From: Amoeboaphelidium protococcarum X5
Lineage: Eukaryota > Fungi > Aphelidiomycota
Direction of reading: 5' to 3'
DNA length: 64,000 nucleotides
Assembly: GCA_023515725.1 (NCBI GenBank)
Contig: JALDTO010000215.1
Span: forward strand, 149,053 to 213,052
Part shown: piece after piece, positions 38,450-49,527 of the stretch
Numbering within the stretch: the stretch's first letter is position 1
Layout: each line of letters opens with the position of its first letter
Program-made: the position numbers and the translations under genes
The notes under the pieces: model-generated
The model's database searches: none
The model's input: only the letters and a program-made list of their open reading frames with translations
Told to the model about the DNA's origin: nothing

Positions 38450-40405
38450 TCACTTCAATGACGCAAACAGCTAATCTACGGGAATGGATGACATTAGGGA
38501 ACTTTGTCTTCTTCTTCTAGTGTACGAACCTAAGGCGGTTAGAAAGTTATCACCATTGTCGGCCAAACTTGACGTGGTAGTACCATTAGAACCACCACCA
38601 CCACCATCAAGATCAAATTTGTCCAACTAATTCAAATCTGGCATCTGACCATTTTATACTGAGGACAGCATTGGACTTTGCGGGAAAAGGGCACTCGGAC
38701 TGGCACATGCAGATGGTGGATGTGACGCGTCTTGAATGAAATTCGACAACTCTGCAATATTCATCGACACTTTTCTTACTCTTTTCGCAGGCATAATATT
38801 CTTCTTCTATTGTTAATGAGTCTCTACCGCCAATAACAAAGCGTGTTGTTGACTGCTGCATTCTAATGAGTGACATTCATGGCAGCTACAATCAGAAGAA
38901 CCATCAGATACCTGATTTTTATGTTGTTCTCTACTCTACTACTACAACTAACCAACATTGGCCAACAATGTCTAATGAATAGATTTGGACACATTCGAAG
39001 AGCTCCTCACAGCTTTACTTAATTTCAACACTGGTGCAGATGGCTTTCTAGATCTTCTGTAGAAAGTGCCGATCGGTATCTTATCCCAACGAAGCTGTAG
39101 CGGAGTTGCTGGCGGAGACATTGGCATGTCGCCATCATTGTCTGAGCTCTCGAAATTCAGCATATCATCGACACTGGCAGCCATCTGATTCCAATATGAT
39201 CCGGAAGTATCAGAGCCGGCACTTGCTTGCGCGTTCTTCTAAACATGCTTAACATCTTTACCAGTAGCAGGAGATGTGATGTCTTTAAACAAATCTTCAC
39301 TCTCACTCTGCATAGACTTTCGCTTTCTGCTCTTCAGATCTCCCTAATTCTAGCTGGTTCCTTGGCTAACACTGATAGCTTCTGCCTCCAATGCCTACAG
39401 CTTCTTGGCCTCCTTGTCAATCGATAGAAGGCTTCCCTTTGATTGATTAGACTGCGACTTGGCCTGGCGTATCAAATTTACAATAGACGGATTATTAACC
39501 AGATGCTATGCAACAAGCTCACTCACCTTGATGCCACGTTACTCCAAGAACTATTGAACAACATCTACTGAAATTTCATCTTCATCATCAGATACCGCGC
39601 CTCTTTTGGTATCAACCTTCAAACTTCGCTTCTAAGTTTTACGTTAACATACAACGGTTTTAGTATCCTACAGAGGTACATTTTCAACTTCGGAATCGTG
39701 ATCAGAGGATGAAGATGACGTCGAACTATCAGACATGGTTTTCTGCTCTTCGTCAGACTCTAGCCCTTGATTCTTGATAGCTTCTTCTTCTTTGTGAAGC
39801 TCAATAGAAGAATCAGAATCACGAGCAGGATCGTCGCCTTCAACATCCGAGGATGTGAATACAACTGAGCCAGAGACTTCGGAATAATCATACTCAGAAT
39901 CAGAGCCACCGCGTTCAGCCATAGAGAAATCACCTTTTTTAGATGTGATAAGATGCTACTGGGCCTTGTTTGAGGAAGAACTGACGCCAGTCATTGACGA
40001 CGCGCCTGGAATGTCGCGACTGAAACCTTCAAACTTGGCGCCAAAATCAGACGCGCCGATTGCGCCACGCGAGCCGACGGTCGAGTCATCGACATCATCA
40101 GCAATATCATCGCCACCGCCACTCTTGCATTGCTTACACTCAAACTGCTGTATCAGTTCATCACTGTTCTTTTAGGCATTCAGGTTTCGGTAATTCAGAC
40201 CTTCACAGCGAAGATGAACGTAATCTACAAACAAAGAGATACACATACTTGATTTAAATATGACAAACTATACAATAAACTTACGCTTGCAGTGTGAACA
40301 CAAGATTAGCCAATCCTTTTTGTTTTATCCTTTGCAAAGGTTACATTGCTGATTCTTTACAAACAGCTAGTCTTCCATATCAGCTTTCTTGGTATTTTAC
40401 GTCAT
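38450..40405 (-). CDS. PHD-finger nuclear protein with acidic/disordered body, 2 exons
   Basis: Splicing intron 40225-40284 yields CNLC..ILCSHCK|HYVHLRC..FECKQC (C4HC3 PHD), then Ser/Asp-rich tracts and an LRWDKIPIGTFYRRSR block. Ends in TGA. Confidence 0.8.
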
Positions 40406-41046
40406 TTTTCTTTAATTTTATAGCGGACTTTATTCAACCAGATTAACACAGACAGACAGATAGATAGATAATGTATAGCGCAGTGCAGATAGTCAATGAT
40501 CAGATTCTTTACAAACTAATGCTCAACACGGAAAAGAAAATCACAAGTATACGAATAAAAGATAAAGCAGCCCAGCGTCAATCAACTACTGCAGTACAGA
40601 ATATAATGAGATCAGGTAGACTCGTCAGTGATGAGAGAAATTAAAACGGAACTGCGCCTCTTCTTGAAAAATCGAGCTCCTGTCAGTTAAGGGGTCAATA
40701 ATTGGGTGCTCTATTTCTGCGTGTGAACTCTCGCTCGCGGTTTATGAGAGCGCGTGTACCCCTAGATCTAGAAGTCGCAATATTTATGACTCATATCGGA
40801 CATTTGGTGTATAAGAATATGATATAGTATTTATTAGAGTTATTTGATGTTGGAGATGGGTAATTCTATAATTAATATTAAATTATTTTGTCTATTGTGG
40901 TTCAATCTCTTTCAAATCATTGATACTGACGCGTACAGTATGTATTTTCTGATTCCAGCGATGATCGGATCGTGAAATTTTTGGAAAACTTAACAAATAT
41001 ATCAGACAAGAAAAACATCAATTATATTATTTATTACTTACTAAAT

Positions 41047-41733
41047 TCAATTATATGAGCGAGAATGTTTTCTACCACTAATGGATTTGCCTTCGGACTA
41101 ACCACTGAAACTGTTTTCACCGCTTTGACTAAACTCAAAATCACTCAATGTGCGCCCATTCCTGAGCGGATAATCCGCGTCACTTATGGCGTCGTAATCA
41201 AACGCATCCATGGGTGGTAGATCCATGCTTCCAAAATCCAAGTCCAAACTATTCTCACCCTCAGGGACTCTCTTTTGGCGCTTGTTGCTCGATCTCTGGG
41301 ACGTTTAAGACATCGAACGACCTCTTTTCAACGGCAGTTCATTGTTATTAGCATCTGAGACGGTATCCGCATCTTCGTAATCACCGACTGATGTTGCAAA
41401 AAGATCAGAAGGCAGACTTGGCAGCGATTCACTAAAATCGAACTCTTGCAGAGCTTTGGCTACGTCAAAATGGTTTCCCTAAGATGATTGGGACATTTGT
41501 TATTTTAGCGATTGCGATCTACCTCTGAGAAATGATGGAGACTGCTTGAAAGGGGATGCTCTTTAGCCATACTGTGGTTGAAATTCACCCCGATACATCT
41601 ACTCAGAATTACCAGAGTCAACAAGCTGATTCTGATCATCAAACTTTTTCCTAGCAAAGGGGGACACCATTGGCACACTTGATACATCCGCCAAACTAAG
41701 CAGACACGCGATTGCAACAGCCTTTAAACTCAT
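41047..41733 (-). CDS. Orphan secreted protein, ~228 aa (signal peptide; basic NLS-like cluster)
   Basis: MSLKAVAIACLLSLADVSS-VPMV start. TGA-free frame of 229 codons. Contains LKRGRS..SNKRQKR. Not in the standard-code ORF track. Confidence 0.72.
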
Positions 41734-42002
41734 AATTTCTATTTAATTGTCTAGATGTTATTCTGATTAAAGTGAAAGTAAAAAGCGTATAATGCATCCT
41801 CAAAATCTAAGCCGCCAAGAGTGAAGTTGAACCATGCGCAATGTAACAACGTTGTAATAATCATGCGATCATAACACGCTGTTACACGCGTCGGATTGCT
41901 GCCCATTCGCCTAAAACAGTTACTGCTAGCTATGAATAGAGACTAAAAATTTAAATAGGTAAATCGATATCTCTATTAATTTAAATCAACGTAAATCTAT
42001 CA

Positions 42003-42911
42003 TCAAATAGCGCGCCTGCGGTATGAAGACGTCACTTCACCTACACCACTTTACTGATTCGGTTCAAAAGTATTTTCATCATCAGGCTCAAAGTCCGACA
42101 ACACCTCGTTCGCGTACAAATCCTCTTCTTTAATTGGTTTTTATATCGAAGCCGCAACTTTATTTAAATCATTGCTAGACTGGCTTCGCTACTATTCACC
42201 ACGTCCGGCACTAACATATTTCGTCGAATGCTAGAAGTCTTACGATTGTGCACTGTAAAGCAGATCATCCAAATTTTAACCCATATTCATGAAATCCGCT
42301 TATAGATAACTAGACACGCTCTCATGTCCTCGTTAGTCTTTCGATATCTAATCGGAATTTTAAATCAGATAATCTTTATCCAAATATTATTCAATATCTG
42401 ACAAGATATTTGGTGATCCGCCCTGGTATGCCCAAGGGCTAAACACACGACTGAATTGATCAGAGCGCTTCTGAGGCGTGAGCTTCAACGGGCGACTAAT
42501 TTTCTGAAATCCGGTATTAGATTTCTTTGACTAATCTCCATGTCTTTATGGAACAACATCATTGTCAGCTGCATCAACCGCTTCCATACTGTTAGCAAAA
42601 GGGCCGTTTTTGGCAGTATCAAACGCTATCAAATCATCAGCGTAAGGATTTTCTATAGCAGTAAAAAACGGATATCTTTCAGCCATCTACGACTATGCAT
42701 GCGCATTATTCACCAATAATTCTTCACCTGAGGTAGAATCGGAAGATTTAAAAAGGGCTTATAATTAGTTGTCCGGTTGATTATCATTGATCAACACATC
42801 ATCATCAATCAGATCAGGTATCCATTCCAGCTAACTACTTCCAAACATCGGCAAACATTATACCTAGGACAGAAGAAGCAGCGCTAATGCGATATAAGAA
42901 TAAGTTTTCAT
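42003..42911 (-). CDS. Orphan secreted protein, ~302 aa (signal peptide; acidic, disordered)
   Basis: MKTYSYIALALLLLSQVQC-LPMFG start. TGA-free frame of 303 codons with many TAR codons. Not in the standard-code ORF track. Confidence 0.75.
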
Positions 42912-43102
42912 CTTTATTACTAGAATATCAAATATTCGCTTTACCCACGGTAAAAAATGTTGGTAGAAAAACGTGCGAAAAAAGATCGTGAGGGGGGAAG
43001 ATCGCGATCAAAAGCATGAAGTCCCGAAACACGGGAACTTCAGCAATAATACTAATCACAGATCAGTCTATTGGTATATTGGCTACAAAGAATTTCACAA
43101 AA

Positions 43103-44173
43103 TCATAGCTTTACGCATAAACCATCAAACGCGGCATAGACTAGCCGGCCATCAGAAATATTTGGCTAATTACATTCTTGATCAAGACGCTATTGCACCA
43201 ATGAATGCTCAACTCTGTGACTGAATCCGGTTAAAAGTCCAAAATCAACCTTGTATTTTGAAAGGTGTTACAGAGCCTGCTCAATATTGAAGTGAGACGG
43301 ATGTGGTTTATCATGAAGAGCATCAATTACCATCAGCGAAAATTATTCAGCACCATCTGCAGGACAAAGATACTTTTTCTCGACCATATCCGGAACCTTG
43401 GACGCATCTGAAATGTAAACCAGCGATGAAGAACCGTCCCGATCGATAAATTTGTATCCAAGACAATAGAATGGATCACTTCCCAACTTTCCGTGTTCAA
43501 CACTCAATGGCTGAATGGTTATACCAAAAAGCTTTATCGGCGCATACAAATCAACACCATCCACAGTCTATTCCACAACAAGATGATGAAATTAAACGCC
43601 AGCGACATCGCCGCCACCCGATGCAAATTTCTTATCAACCAAGTACGGAAAAACATTATTGACATGTCGAAAAGTATCGCTATTCAGGTAAATATCTATA
43701 TGTTATTAGACTGGCTACTTGAGAACTAATTCTGACGGTTTATGTTTATTCACAGCCTTTGCAGATGGCAGAGTCCATTGGCGCAAATCATCCATACCCA
43801 GCATGGCATCAGCGTGGGAATGAGTAAGTAAGACAGCATCAATTCGCCTTATATTATATCTCGGGCACCAGCGAATAGACTAGTTATAAAAAGTCTTCCC
43901 GCAATCAATAAGGACATTCCTCAACACACCTTCTTCATCCAATATCCTAACCACAGCACTAGTATTGTTTCGCGCATTCTTACTCGTAAGAGGATTCTCA
44001 TTGGCATCCCAGCACGCCCGACATCGCTCCTCATACTGACTTATCTGCGCTGGATCCGTCAAACAAGCACAGCTGGGCACTCCTCCAGATGTTCCAGTGC
44101 CAAAGAAAATGAGTTCCTTAATGTTGGTGAATTTCCCAATTTACTAGATCTATCTGATGTAATCACTCTGCAT
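43103..44173 (-). CDS. Metallo-beta-lactamase-fold hydrolase (PhnP-like)
   Basis: Motifs [60 protein letters not shown]. One frame, ends in TGA. Confidence 0.9.
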
Positions 44174-44730
44174 TGCGGTTAAGATTTCCTTGCCGTTTGA
44201 AGAAAGAATCGCCGCTCGAAAGTCGGATGTTTTTATTACGATCAACGGGCATACAGTAGAAAGCTTAAACCAAATCAATCTTTATTGCGTTAGCCGAATA
44301 GAAAATTCATATCTATCGTTATTTTACTGCTCCTTGAATATCAGGTACTAATAGGCGGAATATGGTTGTCGCTCTTGATCAAGCAAAGATGAGAATGTGA
44401 TTTAGTAATTACAAATCCGCGAAAGGTTATGCGATCAAGCAAGCGTATAATGTTATAAATGGCTTCATATGATTCCCCTGATGCTCAAGTTCATACCTGA
44501 AATTCTGTAGCTTAAAGCCATCTTATATACCGAAAAAAGAGCATGATTCACGCGTAATTTTCAACACCTTTTCCATAGATTAGATCAGGTCACAACGAAA
44601 CGATAATCATTCATCGTAATCACACATTGCAGCATCGCTATTTCTCTTTATCGTCATTGTCTATTTAAATAGTATAGAGTATTGTCGGTGATTTGCCTGC
44701 CAATACTTTAATAAAGAACGTCATTAGAAG

Positions 44731-46848
44731 ATGCAAGGTTTCCATTTCGCCGGTGTATCTGCTGGTAAGAAGCATACGTTGGCAATATCTTTCAATGACG
44801 GCGCTTTCACTGTTCATCAGCTATTTGTCTCCTTTGATGAGTGTACTCTGCTGCGTTCGCTCTCTGATGCCTTCAAACAGTACTAGTCCTCTCTGAATAG
44901 TAACGAGAATCTGGTCGCCGTCGGCCTGGATGACGGGAACATCACCAGACTGCTGGAAGGCATGGATGGGTGTGAACATCACCTGGATGATATCTGTAGT
45001 CAGTTATGGTTTGAGTTGGACCTGATCCCATTCGTGTTTGATGCACACGACTACACTGACTCTAAACGCGATTTGATCATGGAGCAGGCAGAGTCGATGG
45101 CGCGAAAGTGTTCGGAAGCTTTCGGACCTCTTGGTATGCCCAAATTGAGATTTAATGCTTTGTCTCAGGTGTTGGTGGATTATAATAATCACATACGGCT
45201 ATGCTATTTGAAAGACTATGAGAATTGGTTGAAGAATGCAGTTGTTTAGGGGAGTGATCTGTCTGTCGGTGGTAATGAGTTGGAAAGTAATGGACAGTTG
45301 GTGTGGGATGCATTGCTTAGTTTAAGTTAATAATTTAGAGATCGCAAACTGAAAATGTCCTTCTTTAATGCAACTGCTCAGGGTGGTGGTGTTGCTCTTA
45401 TGAGGCATGCTCTGATTCGCTTATTTCGTCTGTTGAATATTGACATCAAGTGGTATGTTCCAAAGCCAGATGCGACTGTGTTCAGGATTACCAAGAACAA
45501 TCATAATCTTTTACAAGGAGCATATGATGATGAAAAGATTGTCGATGGTATGCAGAACAGTGATGGAACTTAAGATCTTGATGGTAAATGTTACGAGTTT
45601 GGTGCCAAGGAGTAGGATATATACGAGGACTGGGTAGCGATGAATTGTAATAGATTCTGGCTGAATGTGTTTAAGGAGAGTGATATTATTGTTCTGGATG
45701 ATCCTTAGACTGTCGGCTTTGTTAAGCATATAAAGTAGGTGAACACTGATGCCAAGATCATTTATAGAAGTCATATTGAGATACGAACTGATCTTATTGA
45801 CCGGAGCGGTTCTCGTCAGGCTGCCCTGTGGGATTATATGCGCCAGTATATTGATTAGTGTGATTTGTTCATATCTCATCCGGTGTAGAGCTTTGTACCT
45901 AGATCCATTATTGGCAAAATGCCCGTCAAGTATATGCCTGCATCGACGGATCCTCTCGATGGGCTGAATAAGAAGTTAAGTCTAAATTAGAGCCGCAGAT
46001 ATCTTGAGATTTTTAATCACATCTCTATTAATCAGTGCGGGAATGAGCTTGAATTCTTAACAAATGGAAGGCCTTATATCATCTAGATTGCCCGATTTGA
46101 CCCATCCAAAGGCATTCATGATGTAATTGATTCTTATTGTATTTTTCGAGAAAGATTGTCCAATGATAATCCATCTATAGATCTAGTTAAAGTTCCTCAA
46201 CTGGTTATCACCGGACATGGTAGTATTGATGATCCAGATGCAAAGATTATTTTCGATTAGGCCGTGGATCATATTAATAATTCGTAGCGAAATGCAAAGT
46301 ATCAGAAGGATATTCTATTGGCTAGGATCTATCCAGAAGATCGTATTTTGAATGCTCTGCTGACGAATAATATCTAGGACGGTGGTGGATGTGCAGTTTG
46401 CCTTCAGTTATCTCATCATGAGGGATTTGAGGTGAAACTTACCGAGGCTATGCGACATGGAGTTCCCGTTATTATTTATGGAAGCGGTGGACTTGGTCTT
46501 CAATTACCTGCTGACTATCCATACATTGCAAAGACTGGTGACATCTAGCAGGTGGCGGATTTTATGCATCAACTAGTATTTACTGATTGCCGTCAACAAG
46601 TGTCATAACAATGCCAGCAATATAGTCAGCGACCTGAATTTTGGACTCCTTTCCAAGCTGTTAATTGGCTTTGGCTCGCCTTATCTGTCACTGGTAATAT
46701 GCCTCATAGTGGTATGGACAATGTTAACTCACTTCACGGCAATGGTAGATCGTCAAGAGATTCTGACAAGGAGCTAAACTGCGAAGACTAGCCTTTCCAT
46801 TATGTTAAATAAGAATGGATAGATCATATGAAAAGCATTAAACGATGA
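44731..46848 (+). CDS. Fungal-type trehalose phosphorylase/synthase (GT4, ccg-9/TreT-like)
   Basis: Motifs FFNATAQGGGVALMRHAL, FRITKNNHNLLQG, DDPQ(TAG), YRSHIEIR, TDPLDGLNK, Q(TAG)IARFDPSKG, GHGSIDDPD, LQLSHHEGFEVKLTEA. Confidence 0.9.
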
Positions 46849-46885
46849 AATGCATTAAATATATATTACTTTAGGACCTCTTTGT

Positions 46886-49162
46886 TCACATCAGATTGCA
46901 GTTTCCAGTCTCTGGAGTATCAGGTTGGACATCAGTAGTCGCTGAATTAAGAGCAGGCATAGAGACTGACTACGACATATTAAGAGGAGACTAGGCAAGA
47001 GCATTCGACCTCGGTCTCTATATATCAGTCCTCTTCCGAATGAGTGGCGACGGAGATTGATCATGATAATGAGCGGACTTGGAATTTATTGTTGGATCGG
47101 ATAAATCTCGTCGCAAATTAGATCTCATACGGGGAGGTGGCACAGAGCTCGATGGACCATCTGTAATGCTGCCACTACCACTGTTATTAAGCATTGATGA
47201 AGAATTACCACCCATTACTCCGCGCCAACTAAAACGAGACACACTTCTATCACCACTTTCACCACGATTATGACTATTATTATTGTTATTCGCTTATGGT
47301 GTTCTGGAAGGAGATCGAACATACTTGTTCAGAAATGCTTTGGACAATTCCAGAATGGCTGGACTCACACGGCCATCATTGTCAGCACGACCGGGTCTTT
47401 GTCTCTGCTACTTACCACCGTTTCCTTCCACAGAGTCATCATCCAGACGGGACATGAATTCGTACGCATCCTTTGTACTCCACAATTGCAATTTTTAGGC
47501 AAATTCATCGCGAAGCATATTAATCTCTTTCCTAAGAGCGATATTATCTTTGAGGAGAGAAGCAACTTGAGCAGTTAATGTGCGCACGATTCTGTATGAT
47601 TACTTGTCTATAGCTATCGGAGGACTGGCTAGTACAGGAGACTGTGAGGCCGACATTTGACCAAAAGAAGCTGCATTCTTAACAAGAGGAGGACTGACCA
47701 GTTATGGTTATTACTATTGTTAGTTGGGCGATGTTGGCAATGACTAGAGAGGAGGGGATGTACCACCCTACTACAGCGACTACCGTTACTTCTGTGAAAG
47801 TATCAGAATAGACTTCCACAAACCATCATCTCCAGCAGATTCGTTGCGAGCGAACGATGTAGGAGATATGGCCGCACCACAAATCTCAGACTCCAAGCCA
47901 TCTAATATCCGTAAAGAGAGCCCAGTGAGGTAAGTGAGATCAAATGTCTTCCTCAGACGTCGATTTAAATTTAACGGAGCAGTCTACTTGATTCTTTTAT
48001 GCATGCTCTATATATTCTTGGTAAGAGATTCAATGAGAGGCGCAACACTTGGATCAAGTATAGCACCTCTACTACCTGCATTCAGGTTACTACTAGCAGA
48101 GTCTAGAGGAGAAGTAGTAAATTACTATAGCTACGGCTGATCTACAGTAGTTTCAGTAGATTATTACACATCAATCTTGAGCACTTCTCTGCTAGATGAC
48201 TAAAGCTTCTTCTATCCTCGGCCTACATTACTATCCATAAAAGGAGATTACAAATCATCATCATCATCATCATTAACACCATCATTCATCGCCCTAATAG
48301 GAGTACTACTATGGAGAGCATCGTTCAAATCAGCCAAGATAGATTTATGAGGAGTATCCAGATTATTGTCAATTGAACGACCATGATCACCCTGAGCCAT
48401 AAATGACTCTTCACGCAGAGAGCTCAACTCTTACAGAGAATCATTAAACTTTTACTCCAAGTCAACCTTCTCCGCATTCAATTTATCATTCAGTGTCGAC
48501 AGCTCTCTTATTACATCAGTCATGGCTTGAACTTGCTACTCCATCTCTATAAACTTTTCGTTATTACCACCACGTGGATTATTAGGATTTGATTATGATA
48601 GCGAAGCATCATAACTGCCACTTAACTGATCAGCTTTCGATGATTGTTAATCCGGATGAAATCTGGAAGATCGCTTCAACTACGCATTTTACACTCTTAA
48701 TGCAGATAATTCTTGTTCCAATTTGAATATTATCTCATCCTTCTCCCCATCCATCTGAGCCTGCCTATACGCAGTAATACTCTTTGAAGACGGAGATTTA
48801 ATAGGCGTTGAATGTTATTATCTTTGTAAGGATTAACTACCACCACCACCACTCTACTCTAAATCTCCATTCTATACATTCACTGCAGACTCGAGCCGGA
48901 TAATCTCCTCCTTCTAATCATTAACCTTATTCTCCAAGTACAATATCCTACTTCTCAGAACTTGATAATCTTTCTGCTGACTCAACAATTAATCCCTCTC
49001 CGCCTCTAAATCTGCCAACTTGGACTGCAGTCGTTCCTAAGCTCTAATCAATGAGGTTCCCAGCTCTGAAGCAATCCTCAAATCCTTCTCCTTCTCTCTA
49101 TTATACTTCAAGAGCCTGGGATACAGATTCACAGATACATTACATCCACTCGGACAATCCAT
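46886..49162 (-). CDS. Long coiled-coil protein with N-terminal CC1-box-like motif and C-terminal CaaX (CNLM), ~758 aa
   Basis: EKEKDLRIASELGTSLI near the N-terminus, heptad-rich segments, and Ser/Pro/Gln-rich linkers. Ends GNCNLM then TGA. Confidence 0.7.
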
Positions 49163-49527
49163 AGTATTGCTGTATTTTGAGAATAAATGGTTAAATACAG
49201 AATATGGAATCAAGTACACGTAGGCTCAATCACAGAGGGTGACTGAATAAAATACTCTGCGACAATCAACTGCAACAGAAGAAGCAGACGAGAGTGGACC
49301 AAAAGAAAAGATAACGCACGACGAAAGTTGTAATAAAGAGAGAACTTGTTCGGCTGGTCTTTCGCGTCTCCTCTTCGCGTCGTTCTTTCCTCTTTTCGGT
49401 TGAGATTTCATCGTCTTTGATCATCTCTCTCTCTCTCTTTTCGTTCTTGATACATTTAACCGGCTTAGTTCTTTTACTATCTAAAGTGTCTTGAATCTTT
49501 AATCTTCAGCAAGTCATTTAAAGCAAT

